This document shows, piece after piece, positions 19,340 to 29,415 of a DNA stretch of 64,000 nt (position 1 is its first letter; the number at the start of each line of letters is the position of its first letter). Source of the DNA: Dehalococcoidia bacterium (GTDB lineage Bacteria; Chloroflexota; Dehalococcoidia; Plut-88900); contig OZ240219.1 of assembly GCA_965197645.1 (NCBI GenBank), forward strand, positions 2,912,001-2,976,000. Reading direction: 5' to 3'. The notes beneath the pieces are model-generated. The model ran no database searches, was not told the DNA's origin, and saw nothing but the letters and a program-made list of their open reading frames with translations. The position numbers and the translations under genes were made by a program.

Positions 19340-20131
19340 ATGACCCAGGCCAAAGAGAAGACTATTAAAGACGCGGTGAAGGACAGGTACGGCTCGCTGG
19401 CCAGGAAGGCATCCCAGGGGGAGGCCGGAAGCTGTTGGGACAGCGGCGCTCCTTGTGGCGAACCGTCCCCCTACGACTCCGATACATGGACGCCGGATAA
19501 AATCTACAGCCAGACCGAGATCGACGCCCTCCCCGACACCGTCACAGCAGCCGCCGCAGGGTGCGGCAATCCCACGGCCCTCACCGAGCTGAAGTCCGGC
19601 GAGACCGTGCTGGACCTGGGAAGCGGCGGCGGCATCGATTGCTTCCTCGCACGCCAGCAGGTTGGGCCCGAAGGCCATGTGATCGGCCTGGACATGACCA
19701 CTGATATGATCAACCTCGCCCGCGGCAACGCCGAGAAGCTTGGCTACGACAACGTAGAGTTCCGGCAGGGAGAAATGGAGAATATGCCGGTAGATGACTC
19801 GTCCGTCGATATGATCATCTCCAACTGTGTCATCAACCTCTCCCCGGACAAGGACACCGTATTCGCCGAGGCGTTTCGGGTCCTCAAACCGGGCGGCAGA
19901 CTCTGCGTCTCGGACATCGTCCTCCAGGGTCGGCTCCCCGACGATATCCGAACGAGTCTCGAGCAGTGGGTGGGTTGCATCGCCGGCGCCCTGATCAAGG
20001 ACGACTATTTGCAGCAAATGCGAAACGCAGGCTTCTCCCCCGTCCAGGTCGTCGAGCAGAGCGATTACGCCTCCGAGGTGGAGGGCGGCGACAAGGTCCT
20101 CAGCGTCACCATCAAAGCCGAAAAACCGTAG
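19340..20131 (+). CDS. arsM: Arsenite S-adenosylmethionine methyltransferase
   Basis: GCGNP, LDLGSGGGIDC, ISNCVINL and WVGCIAGA conserved Cys motifs. Confidence 0.9.
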   Translation: MTQAKEKTIKDAVKDRYGSLARKASQGEAGSCWDSGAPCGEPSPYDSDTWTPDKIYSQTEIDALPDTVTAAAAGCGNPTALTELKSGETVLDLGSGGGIDCFLARQQVGPEGHVIGLDMTTDMINLARGNAEKLGYDNVEFRQGEMENMPVDDSSVDMIISNCVINLSPDKDTVFAEAFRVLKPGGRLCVSDIVLQGRLPDDIRTSLEQWVGCIAGALIKDDYLQQMRNAGFSPVQVVEQSDYASEVEGGDKVLSVTIKAEKP

Positions 20132-20205
20132 ACCTAAACCGTCGAGTATCGCCTGAAAGGAAACGCTCACGTCTTCAAATCTGATTTAGGCATAGGGAAC
20201 GCGCC

Positions 20206-20328
20206 ATGCCATACGTCCTTCTACTGCTAGCCTTCCTGGCGGGCGGGCTCTATCTCCTCCGACGCCTCCTACCCCACGATGTCCTGGTGCGGCTGAAGCA
20301 GGTAAAACCCTCCGAACAAGAGGACTGA
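20206..20328 (+). CDS. Putative 40-aa single-TM small protein
   Basis: MPYVLLLLAFLAGGLYLLRRLLPHDVLVRLKQVKPSEQED; AGGGA upstream; below the ORF-track cutoff. Confidence 0.5.
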   Translation: MPYVLLLLAFLAGGLYLLRRLLPHDVLVRLKQVKPSEQED

Positions 20329-20436
20329 GGCGGATTCACCGTATCGTCCGGGGAAACCGGGCCAAAGAGCAAAATAGAAGAATCGTAACCCTCTTCGAAA
20401 ACAGGCCGGCGTAAAGGCCGGACGACTGGAGTCATC

Positions 20437-21378
20437 ATGCCTCTACGATTAGGCATCCACATAGGCCCCCAGGACACCTCGTACGAGGACCTGCTGAAGC
20501 TCTGGCACATGGCCGATTCCAACGGCTTCTACTGGATCTCCGTCTGGGACCACTTCTTCGAAAACCCCGTGGTTGACTACAAGGGCGCCTGCTTCGAGGC
20601 CGTCTCTACGATGTCGGCCCTGGCGGCCGAGACCAGCAATGTCCGGGTCGGCTGCCTCGTCTACTGCATGGGGTACCGAAACCCGGCACTGTTCGCCAAG
20701 TCCATGGTAACCATCGACCATATCAGCGCCGGCCGTCTGGAAGTGGGCATCGGGGCAGGTTGGTACCAGGAGGAGTACGAGGCCTTCGGGTACGATTTCC
20801 CGCCCGTAAAGACTCGGATGGACATGTTGGAGGAGGGTACCCAGGTCATCAAGTCGATGCTCACCCAGGAGGAGACCACCTTCCACGGCGAGCACTACAA
20901 CGTCGAGAAGGCCTACTGCTTCCCCCGACCCGTCCAGGACCCACCGAGAATCTGGCTGGGCGGGCTCGGTGAGAAGCGCACTTTGCGCATCGCCGCCCGA
21001 TACGGGGACGGTTGGAACGCGCCCTATATCTCACCCCAGGTCTATAGCTCCAAGTCCCAAGTGCTGGACCGCTGGTGCGAAACCGAGCAACGAGACCCGG
21101 CCGAGATTACGCGCAGCGTCAACCTCGGCTTCTACATGGGCGCCGACGAGGCCTCGGCCCAGCGCAAACGCCAACAGTTCGAGGAGGCTTGGAGCGACGA
21201 TCGAATAGAAGACAGGCGGGGCGGCATGCTACTGGGCACCGCCAGCGAGGCCACAGACCAGCTGGGCGCCTTCGTCGACGTCGGTGCTACCGACCTCAAC
21301 ATAGCGTTTCGAGCCCCCTACGATTTCGACGCTTTCCAGGCCTTCATAGAGAACGTAATGCCCAACTTCACGGTCTAG
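20437..21378 (+). CDS. LLM class F420-dependent oxidoreductase
   Basis: WDHFF, YRNPALFAK, GRLEVGIGAGWYQEE, GEKRTLRIAARYGDGWN motifs. Confidence 0.9.
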   Translation: MPLRLGIHIGPQDTSYEDLLKLWHMADSNGFYWISVWDHFFENPVVDYKGACFEAVSTMSALAAETSNVRVGCLVYCMGYRNPALFAKSMVTIDHISAGRLEVGIGAGWYQEEYEAFGYDFPPVKTRMDMLEEGTQVIKSMLTQEETTFHGEHYNVEKAYCFPRPVQDPPRIWLGGLGEKRTLRIAARYGDGWNAPYISPQVYSSKSQVLDRWCETEQRDPAEITRSVNLGFYMGADEASAQRKRQQFEEAWSDDRIEDRRGGMLLGTASEATDQLGAFVDVGATDLNIAFRAPYDFDAFQAFIENVMPNFTV

Positions 21379-21448
21379 CCGCCGGCTGTTCCAACAGCGC
21401 CGCGGCGAGCCCCACCACCACAAGGGAGAGACCGGGAAGGAGAAGAAG

Positions 21449-21919
21449 TTGGCTAAATCAAGCGAGTTGACCAGACCGCTCAGGGAGTTTCTAGACCAGC
21501 CCAACGTCGCTATTCTCGCCACCGTCAGAAAGGACGGCTCACCTCACCTAACAAGGGTATGGTACGAGTACGACGGTGAAGAGGTCCGAGTAAGCATCAC
21601 AGACACACGAGCCAAGTACCGCCACGTGCTGCGGGACCCTCGCGTCTCCCTTGCCGTGACCACTCCAAGTGGCAGCAGTCAGGAGATCCACAAGGAAGTA
21701 ATCCTGGAGGGCAGGGCCCAGGTGACTGCGGAGGGCGGGCCCGAGCTCATACGTCGCCTCGGCATCAAGTTCGAGGGTGAAGAGCAAGGCAACAGGTACG
21801 CCGACCTGAGTATCAACGAGCTAAAGGACAACCGGCTCGTACTGCACTTCAAGCCAGAGCGTATTATGGCCTGGGACTTCTCCGTCGAGGACGACGATCA
21901 CAACCCTGTGAGTCGCTGA
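21449..21919 (+). CDS. PPOX class F420-dependent oxidoreductase
   Basis: LATVRKDGSPH and KYRHVLRDPRVSL motifs. Confidence 0.88.
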   Translation: MAKSSELTRPLREFLDQPNVAILATVRKDGSPHLTRVWYEYDGEEVRVSITDTRAKYRHVLRDPRVSLAVTTPSGSSQEIHKEVILEGRAQVTAEGGPELIRRLGIKFEGEEQGNRYADLSINELKDNRLVLHFKPERIMAWDFSVEDDDHNPVSR

Positions 21920-21923
21920 GCGC

Positions 21924-22403
21924 CTACGCGGCCAGCTTCTTCACCAGCGCCTTCACCACGTTCGGCGGCACGAAGCTATCCGGGTCGCCACCCAGCTTCA
22001 CCACCTCCTTCAACAGGGAAGAGCTGAGGAACTGGTGCTCCAGACTACTCATGAAAGTGATCAGCTCCACGTCCGGCGCCAGCTGTTTGTTCATCAGCGC
22101 CATCTCGAACTCCCTCTCGAAGTCCGAGTTCATACGAAGCCCCCTGATCATCACCTTTGCGTCGTGTTTTCGGGCGTAGTCTACCGTCAGGCCCTTATAT
22201 GAAACGACACGGATATTTTCCACCTCCCTGGTGGCCTCGGTCGCCATTTCCACCCGCTCCTCCGTATTGAACAGCAGCCGCTTATCGGGCGTCGCGTACA
22301 CGGCGATGACCACCTCATCGAACACACTCGCCGCCCTCTTGGCTATGTCCAGGTGGCCGTAGGTGATGGGATCGAAACTTCCGGGGTAGAGGGCCTTGGT
22401 CAA
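21924..22403 (-). CDS. coaD: Phosphopantetheine adenylyltransferase
   Basis: YPGSFDPITYGHLD, IRGLR, LSSSLLKE motifs. Confidence 0.97.
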   Translation of the reverse strand: MTKALYPGSFDPITYGHLDIAKRAASVFDEVVIAVYATPDKRLLFNTEERVEMATEATREVENIRVVSYKGLTVDYARKHDAKVMIRGLRMNSDFEREFEMALMNKQLAPDVELITFMSSLEHQFLSSSLLKEVVKLGGDPDSFVPPNVVKALVKKLAA

Positions 22404-22954
22404 GGGGTTACCTCCTGGTGATAGATCGAAAGCATAGTATCGCCATACCGGCGCGTTTTCCCCAAGGCAAATGCGCCATACTCTTGCCCGAGGGGTACTC
22501 TCCTAGAATGCTCCGCCACGATAATCGTTTCGTCGCCCACCAGCTGGGACCCGGCCAGTCCGCTCAACACCTCGTCCACTCCGCCATCATCATACGGCGG
22601 GTCTAAGAATATCACCCCGTAGCTGTTGCCCAGTTTTCCCAGCGCCGCTTGGACAGGCATACGATGCACCTCGCCCAATTTGTCGAATCCTGTTACCCGA
22701 AGATTGGCCTTTATAACCTCGACGTGCCCCCGGTCCTGCTCCACGAAGTCGACCCACCCCGCCCCCCGGCTGAGCGCCTCGATCCCGAACGCTCCCGTGC
22801 CCGCATACAGGTCCAGCACCCGGTCCATGTCCACCCCGGCCGACTCCAAGATCGAGAACGCCGCTCCCCTCACTCTCTCCGAGCTTGGCCTTATCGATAG
22901 GCCCTTCGCTGTGGCCAGCCTCCGGCCCTTGGCCGTCCCCGCTATCACCCTCAT
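22400..22954 (-). CDS. rsmD: 16S rRNA m2G966 methyltransferase
   Basis: MRVIAG.AKGRRL, LDLYAGTG, FLDPPY; adjacent to coaD. Confidence 0.95.
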   Translation of the reverse strand: MRVIAGTAKGRRLATAKGLSIRPSSERVRGAAFSILESAGVDMDRVLDLYAGTGAFGIEALSRGAGWVDFVEQDRGHVEVIKANLRVTGFDKLGEVHRMPVQAALGKLGNSYGVIFLDPPYDDGGVDEVLSGLAGSQLVGDETIIVAEHSRRVPLGQEYGAFALGKTRRYGDTMLSIYHQEVTP

Positions 22955-23101
22955 TTGTTAGCTTCCAGTCCGTGCCATCTTGTCGGACTGCTTATCCTAA
23001 CGGAAAGCTCTTCTCCAGTGTCCCATCAGGCCCGTTCCCAGTTTGCCGCAGCCATTCTATGCGTGTTTTCCCTGCTCCGCAACCGGCCCGCCGCTTTCCA
23101 C

Positions 23102-23130
23102 TTTACAACTTACACCCCTTCCTATATAAT
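23102..23130 (+). promoter_or_regulatory. greA sigma70 promoter TTTACA-17-TATAAT
   Basis: Near-consensus hexamers with an exact 17-nt spacer. Confidence 0.75.
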
Positions 23131-23164
23131 TCCGCCAAAATCGAAGACCGAGGCTCCTAAGGCA

Positions 23165-23199
23165 AGGCTCCTTTGCAAAGAGGGGTCTGTTTGTTATTT
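23165..23199 (+). terminator. Intrinsic terminator-like hairpin in the greA leader
   Basis: AGGCTCCT-TTGCAAAG-AGGGGTCT followed by GTTTGTTATTT, between the promoter and the ATG. Confidence 0.6.
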
Positions 23200-23213
23200 A
23201 AGCTCCCTATATC

Positions 23214-23684
23214 ATGGCACGAAAGCAAGTACCTCTAACCAGCGACGGCCTAGAGAAGCTTAAGGCCGAGCTCCACGAGCTTCGTACTGTCCGCAGGCAC
23301 GATGTCGCCGACCGCATCCTCCAGGCAAAGGAGATCGGCGGCACCGTTAACAACGCCGAGTTCGACGATGCCAAAAACAAGCAGGCCTTTGTAGAGGGCC
23401 GGATCCTCACGCTGGAAAACATGGTCCACAATGCCGTGATCATCACCCACGAAAAGTCCGGCTCCGACATCGTCGAGTTGGGCTCTACCGTCACCGTGGT
23501 AGAGCCATCCGGCGATCTCGTGCAGTACGATATTGTGGGCAGCGCCGAGGCCGATCCCTCCCAGGGCAGGATCTCCAATGAAAGCCCTGTCGGGATGGCC
23601 CTTCTAGGCAGGAAAACCGGCGACAAGGTCGAGGTCGAGGTGCCCGCCGGACATTTAGAGCTGACCGTAGTAGAGGTAAAATAG
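23214..23684 (+). CDS. greA: Transcription elongation factor GreA
   Basis: LT.DGLEKLKAEL, NAEFDDAK, ISNESPVGMALLG motifs. Confidence 0.96.
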   Translation: MARKQVPLTSDGLEKLKAELHELRTVRRHDVADRILQAKEIGGTVNNAEFDDAKNKQAFVEGRILTLENMVHNAVIITHEKSGSDIVELGSTVTVVEPSGDLVQYDIVGSAEADPSQGRISNESPVGMALLGRKTGDKVEVEVPAGHLELTVVEVK

Positions 23685-23991
23685 CCCTCTCCCTGGGGTG
23701 TCTCAAGACCGCAGCTGGTCTACCACGCAAATGAGCCAACACCTTCCCGTATGCCATTCCATCTTGCTACAGAAGGGAAGGACTTGCGGCGGGAAATGTT
23801 CGGTGTCAATCGGACTAGGGGGGCGGCGGCAATCCAATCGGAAGGCGCCTCCGAGAATGTCATCCTGTCCGATGATCCTCCGCTTATCCACCTCCGATAG
23901 GCCTGGATAGTCAGGCTTCATTCGATAGGAACCCGCCCAAGGAGCAGCGAAGTACCTGGGACGCGACCAGTAAACTTCTCAGAGCAGCAAC

Positions 23992-25479
23992 ATGGCCGAA
24001 CGAGGCGAAGAGATATACAAACGGCGCCTGGAGAAAATCGACCGACTTCGCGCCCAGGGCATCGACCCGTTTCCACCCAGGTATCGCCGCAGCCACACCA
24101 TCGAAAAGGCCCTCGCCCTCTTCACGAGGGCCGAATCGGAGGGCCGGACTCCCTCGCGCAAGGTGTCGGTTGCCGGACGGGTACTGGGCCTTCGGGCTAT
24201 GGGCAAAGTCACCTTTGCAGACCTACGGGACACCACCGGCAAGATCCAGGCCTACATCGCCAGCAAGGCCCTCTCCGAGGAGCAGCTCGCCGTCCTGAAG
24301 GAGCTGGATGCCGGCGACACTCTGGGTGTCAAGGGCCCCCTCTTCCGCACCCGCACCGGCGAGATAACCGTCCGTGCCGAGGACCTGGTCCTTCTTTCCA
24401 AGTCCCTCAGGCCGCTGCCGGAGAAGTGGCATGGCCTGACCAACGTGGAGAAACGGTATCGTCAACGTTATGTTGACTTGATCTCCAACGACGACGCCCG
24501 GCAGATATTCTCGATCCGAGGCCGGTTGATCTCATCCATGCGCCGCTTCCTGGATTCCAGGGGGTTCATAGAGGTCGAGACTCCCATCCTTCTTCCTATC
24601 GCTGCGGGGGCCATGGCCCGGCCCTTCGCTACCAGGTCCAACGTGCTCGACCGCGAGCTCTACATGCGCATCGCCACCGAGCTTTACCTCAAACGGCTCA
24701 CCGTTGGAGGGATGGACAAGGTCTATGAGATCGGCCGCATCTTCCGCAACGAGGGGGTGGACACCACCCACAACACAGAGTTTACCAGCCTGGAGAGCTA
24801 CGAAGCCTACGCCGACTACAACGACGTTATGTCCATGGTCGAGACGATGATGTCCTACATTGCCAATCAGGTGCTGGGCACCACCCGGGTGACCTACGGC
24901 GATCACTCCATCGATTTCAAACCACCCTGGCCCAGGGTCAGGCTGCGGGATATGGTTCTGGAGAACAGCGGCATCGACGTCGCCGACCCCCGGTACGAAG
25001 ATATCGAAGTCTTGCGCAGCGATGCCGATGAACGGGGCATCCGCGCCGAGGGTCTCAGCCCGGCCCAGCTTTTCGACAAGCTCCTCTCCCGGTTCGCCGA
25101 ACCCTACCTGATCCAGCCCACCTTTCTCATCGACTACCCCCTGGCCATGTCTCCTCTGGCCAAGCGCACCCCCTACGATGCCAACTTCGTCGAGCGGTTC
25201 GAAAGCTACGCAGGAGGCATGGAGATAGCCAACGCCTTCACAGAGCTCAATGACCCCGTTGACCAACGTCAGCGCTTCGAAGAGCAGGAGCGTTTCCGGT
25301 TGGAGTACGGCGATGAGGAGGTGGACCGTCTGGACGAGGACTACCTCGTGGCCCTGGAACACGGTATGCCTCCCACCGGCGGCCTGGGCATGGGCATCGA
25401 TCGGCTGGTCATGCTCTTCACCAACCAGCAGTCCATCCGAGAGGTCATCCTCTTCCCTCAGCTTCGCTCCGTCGAATAA
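23992..25479 (+). CDS. lysS: Lysyl-tRNA synthetase (class II)
   Basis: PLPEKWHGL, RYRQRY, RIATELYLKRL, FRNEG, GMPPTGGLGMGIDRL motifs. Confidence 0.98.
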   Translation: MAERGEEIYKRRLEKIDRLRAQGIDPFPPRYRRSHTIEKALALFTRAESEGRTPSRKVSVAGRVLGLRAMGKVTFADLRDTTGKIQAYIASKALSEEQLAVLKELDAGDTLGVKGPLFRTRTGEITVRAEDLVLLSKSLRPLPEKWHGLTNVEKRYRQRYVDLISNDDARQIFSIRGRLISSMRRFLDSRGFIEVETPILLPIAAGAMARPFATRSNVLDRELYMRIATELYLKRLTVGGMDKVYEIGRIFRNEGVDTTHNTEFTSLESYEAYADYNDVMSMVETMMSYIANQVLGTTRVTYGDHSIDFKPPWPRVRLRDMVLENSGIDVADPRYEDIEVLRSDADERGIRAEGLSPAQLFDKLLSRFAEPYLIQPTFLIDYPLAMSPLAKRTPYDANFVERFESYAGGMEIANAFTELNDPVDQRQRFEEQERFRLEYGDEEVDRLDEDYLVALEHGMPPTGGLGMGIDRLVMLFTNQQSIREVILFPQLRSVE

Positions 25480-25662
25480 CCCCTGCTACGAGCCCCGCCC
25501 CAGGTTTGCCCTCCCTCCCGCCCCGGATCGCATCCGTAGGCACTCCCCCAGTTTGCTTAGCAAAGCGTACTCCGATATGCGGGTGGCGCGTTCTTATTCG
25601 CGCCCTGGGTCGGAATTTGGGCGTGAGTCAAGCCGGTCTGCCTTATTGCTATAATGCCTCTC

Positions 25663-26946
25663 ATGGCTCAACCGGCATATATCGCTGGCGTGAAGGTACC
25701 CCCTGCCCTTCGCTATCCCGCCTACCGATGGTTCTGGATAGGTACCCTGGCATCGGTAGGCAGCACCCAGATGCGCATCGTCGCCGTCGGCTGGCTCATC
25801 TACGACCTCACCGAATCCACCCTCTACCTCGGTTACGCCGGCCTCGCCGGGGCCGTACCTACCATCCTCCTCACGGTCGTTGGAGGCGTCATCGCCGATA
25901 GAATGGACCGCCGCTTTCTCCTGGGCGTCACCAATTTCTTCAATACGGCCACGACCCTCCTGCTGGCAACCCTGATCGCCGTCGGTCTCATTGAACCGTG
26001 GCACGTTCTCGTCTACTCGTTTGTCGAAGGGTTCTCGTGGGCTTTCCAAGGCCCTGCCCACGAAGCCCTTTATCCTTCCCTGGTGGAATCTAAGGCCCTC
26101 AACAGCGCCGTCGCCCTCGATGGCGCCACCTGGAACGCCAACTCCATCATCGCGCCTGTCATCGCCGGCTTCATCATCGCCCGGGTGGGAATGGCCGCCT
26201 GCTTTTACGTGGCCGCCGTGGGATTTTTCGTCATGGTCATCGTGGTCGTGATCCTTCCCAAGGTGAAACTGCCCGAGACCGTAAGGGGCGTTCGAGCTAC
26301 TCTGAACGACATGATGGAGGGTCTCAAGTTCATCAAGAGCCGGTCCATTTTCGCTTTGCTCACCGGCCTCTCCTTTTCGTTCACCTACTTCGTGATGTCC
26401 TGGATATTCATACTGCCCGTCTTCTCCCGGGACATCCTAGAAGTCGGCGCCGATGGTCAGGGAATCCTCCTGATGCTCATGGGCGTCGGCTCGCTGGTGA
26501 CCAGCATCCGGATGAGCACCCTCGAAAGCATTCAACAGCGAGGCTTTCTGATAATCAGCTCCGGGGCGGTAACCGGGATCCTCGTTGCGGCATTTGCCCT
26601 TACCTCGGACATGGTCGGCTCCTATTACGTCGCCATGGCCATCGTCTTCTTTATAGGTATCTTCGAGACGATCTTCATCAACACCTGTATCAGCTCCGTC
26701 CAGATCCTCGTGCCGGAGGAGTTCCGGGGCCGCGTCATGGCCTTCTACACCATGACCTGGAGCTTCATAAGCCTCGGTGGAGCGCAGCATGGACTTGTGG
26801 CCAATTTCATCGGCGCCCCGGCCGCCCTGGCGATAGGAGGTTTCATCTTCACCGGAATTGTCCTGGGCCCCGTCCTGCTGAGCAGACAGGTCCGCCACCT
26901 GGGTACCCTGGTCCAAGAGTCCCAGACCGCCAACGCACCGGCCTGA
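25663..26946 (+). CDS. MFS transporter
   Basis: About 12 TM segments, GVIADRMDRR, VPEEFRGRV; ATG 7 nt after TGcTATAAT. Confidence 0.92.
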   Translation: MAQPAYIAGVKVPPALRYPAYRWFWIGTLASVGSTQMRIVAVGWLIYDLTESTLYLGYAGLAGAVPTILLTVVGGVIADRMDRRFLLGVTNFFNTATTLLLATLIAVGLIEPWHVLVYSFVEGFSWAFQGPAHEALYPSLVESKALNSAVALDGATWNANSIIAPVIAGFIIARVGMAACFYVAAVGFFVMVIVVVILPKVKLPETVRGVRATLNDMMEGLKFIKSRSIFALLTGLSFSFTYFVMSWIFILPVFSRDILEVGADGQGILLMLMGVGSLVTSIRMSTLESIQQRGFLIISSGAVTGILVAAFALTSDMVGSYYVAMAIVFFIGIFETIFINTCISSVQILVPEEFRGRVMAFYTMTWSFISLGGAQHGLVANFIGAPAALAIGGFIFTGIVLGPVLLSRQVRHLGTLVQESQTANAPA

Positions 26947-26955
26947 GCCGCCGCT

Positions 26956-27870
26956 ATGCCACAATCGGCTGACAGGCGAAGCAGAAGGTCCACCCGCACC
27001 AGCTCTTTCGGTACGTCCGGCCGCATCGGCCACGACTCCTCTCTCTTCTACAGTAGCCGCCTCTACGAAAACGCGGCCAGCCGCGAACCCGGGGAGTACA
27101 TCGAGAACCCCATTGATCCCGCTCTCCTAGACACCATCTACTGCAAGTCCAGCGAGGCCATGCCGGAGCTGCCTGACTCCTCCGTCCATCTCATGGTCAC
27201 CTCGCCGCCCTACAACGTCGGCAAAGAGTACGATCAGGACCTCTCCCTGAGCGAGTACCGATCCCTCCTCCGAACCGTCCTCACCGAGGTGTACCGGGTC
27301 CTGGTCACCGGCGGCCGAGCCTGCGTCAACGTCGCCAATCTGGGCAGAAAACCGTACATCCCGCTACATTCCTACATCATCGAAGAGGCCCTGGAGATCG
27401 GCTTCCTCATGCGGGGCGAGATCATCTGGGACAAAGCGGCCAGCTCCAGCACATCCACCGCCTGGGGCAGCTGGCTGTCCCCCTCCAACCCCGCGTTACG
27501 AGACACGCACGAGTACTTACTGATTTTCTGTAAAGAAAGCTTCCGACGAAGGCCTCCCGAGAAGCGGACCAGCACCATCACCCGGGACGAGTTCCTTGAG
27601 TTCACCAAGAGTGTCTGGACCTTCCCCGCCGAGTCCGCTCGAAAGGTTGGGCATCCCGCCCCCTTCCCGGTCCAGCTACCCTACCGGCTTATCCAGCTCT
27701 ACACCTTCGAGGGCGAGAGCGTCCTGGACCCCTTCGCCGGCGCGGGCGCCACCTGCCTGGCCGCCCTGGAAACTCAGCGACGCTACATCGCTTATGAGAT
27801 TGACCGGGACTACGTTCGCTTGGCCGAGAAGCGCATTGTGAATTCGGCCGGTGCCCGCGCCTCTACTTGA
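26956..27870 (+). CDS. Orphan N4C/N6A DNA methyltransferase (beta class)
   Basis: VTSPPY precedes HPAPFP and VLDPFAGAG; no restriction endonuclease adjacent. Confidence 0.9.
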   Translation: MPQSADRRSRRSTRTSSFGTSGRIGHDSSLFYSSRLYENAASREPGEYIENPIDPALLDTIYCKSSEAMPELPDSSVHLMVTSPPYNVGKEYDQDLSLSEYRSLLRTVLTEVYRVLVTGGRACVNVANLGRKPYIPLHSYIIEEALEIGFLMRGEIIWDKAASSSTSTAWGSWLSPSNPALRDTHEYLLIFCKESFRRRPPEKRTSTITRDEFLEFTKSVWTFPAESARKVGHPAPFPVQLPYRLIQLYTFEGESVLDPFAGAGATCLAALETQRRYIAYEIDRDYVRLAEKRIVNSAGARAST

Positions 27871-28038
27871 ATGTCAAGTCACGACCCTGGCTCTCATTCA
27901 GCGCCACCTCTTACCCTATCCCTTCCTCCCATATATACTGTGTCCCGAGGCCCACATACGTCCTTTTCTTCGTCATGAACTCCCAGCCGCCCTTTAACTA
28001 CCGGCCTGACACAACCCAACTTATGAAGTAACCAGCCC

Positions 28039-29310
28039 ATGCTCTCTCTTCAACTGATCCGAGAACACCCCGACCTAGTACAGGCTGCGCTCGCCAAGCG
28101 AGACGACGACTCCTCCATCGACCAGGTCCTCGCCCTGGACCTGCGCCGCCGCCAGATACTCACCGACGCCGAAGCCCTCCGTGCCCGCCGCAACGAGGTC
28201 AGCAAGCAGCTTGCCAAGCAGAAGGAGAAGCCCCCCCAGGTCATCGCCGAGATGCGGGAGGTCGGCTCCCGGATCAAAGACCTGGAGGAAGGCCTTAAGC
28301 CCATTGACACCCGTCTCAATCAACTCCTCCTGCAGCTCCCCAATCTGCCCGTCGACGACGTCCCCATCGGCGAAGACGACTCCGGCAATCTGGTGGTCAG
28401 GACCTGGGGAGAGCCTCGAAAGCTCGAATTCGATCTGCTGCCCCACTGGGAAATCGGCGAGCGTCTCGGTATCCTGGACTTCGATCGCGGCGTCAAGATA
28501 TCCGGCTCCCGCTTCTACGTCCTGAAGGGTAAAGGCGCACGACTCCAGCGGGCCCTCATCGACTGGATGGTCCAGCTCCACGTGGAGCAGCACGGCTATC
28601 AGGAGGTCTACCTTCCCTACATGGTCAAGGAAGAGGTGTTGATCGGCAGCGGCAACCTGCCCAAGTTCGGCGATAATCTCTACCACGATGCCGAAGACGA
28701 CCTCTGGCTCATACCCACTGCCGAAGTGCCGATCACCGGTCTTCACCGAGACGAGATCCTGCCCTCCGGCGCCCTCCCTCTCAGCTACGTCGCTTACAGC
28801 GCCTGCTTCCGAAGGGAGAAGATGTCGGCCGGCAGAGATACCCGGGGCATCAAGCGGGGACACCAGTTCGACAAGGTCGAGATGTACAAGCTGGTCGAGC
28901 CCGAGACCTCGGATGACGAGCTGAGTCAACTGGTCTCCCACGCCGAGGCCGTTGCCCAGGCCCTGGACCTGCCCTATCGACTCCTCCAGCTGTGCACCGG
29001 GGACCTGGGCTTTCAGTCCGCCAAGTCCTTCGACATCGAAATCTGGGCGCCAGGCGTCCAAGAGTGGCTCGAGGTCAGCTCCTGCAGCAACTGCACGGAT
29101 TTCCAGGCCCGCCGCTCCAACATCCGCTACCGGCCTGAGGACGGAGGCCGACCCCGGTTCGTCCACACCCTCAACGGTTCCGGCCTCGCCCTACCCAGGG
29201 TCATGATCGCCATATTGGAAAACTACCAGCAACCCGACGGCTCGGTCCTGGTGCCCGAAGTCCTTCACCCCTACACCCGCTTCGATACCATCGAGCCTGC
29301 TGAGCTCTAG
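28039..29310 (+). CDS. serS: Seryl-tRNA synthetase
   Basis: LIPTAEV, CFRREK, RGHQFDKVE, EVSSCSNC.DFQARR, HTLNGSGLA motifs. Confidence 0.98.
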   Translation: MLSLQLIREHPDLVQAALAKRDDDSSIDQVLALDLRRRQILTDAEALRARRNEVSKQLAKQKEKPPQVIAEMREVGSRIKDLEEGLKPIDTRLNQLLLQLPNLPVDDVPIGEDDSGNLVVRTWGEPRKLEFDLLPHWEIGERLGILDFDRGVKISGSRFYVLKGKGARLQRALIDWMVQLHVEQHGYQEVYLPYMVKEEVLIGSGNLPKFGDNLYHDAEDDLWLIPTAEVPITGLHRDEILPSGALPLSYVAYSACFRREKMSAGRDTRGIKRGHQFDKVEMYKLVEPETSDDELSQLVSHAEAVAQALDLPYRLLQLCTGDLGFQSAKSFDIEIWAPGVQEWLEVSSCSNCTDFQARRSNIRYRPEDGGRPRFVHTLNGSGLALPRVMIAILENYQQPDGSVLVPEVLHPYTRFDTIEPAEL

Positions 29311-29415
29311 TCCTTAGGCCGATGGGGCCGGCCCCACAAGCTTTGACCTGAAACCCAGGCTCGGTGTAGAATCACAGTACCAAACGCAGAAGCTTCGGAC
29401 ACGGGAACTATCGTT

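Noticed and set aside
23690-23991. T-box or lysine riboswitch before lysS (also checked before serS)
   Set aside because: No T-box consensus (GGTGG.ACC) or terminator found; the interval may hold a short amidohydrolase-like remnant but evidence is too weak.
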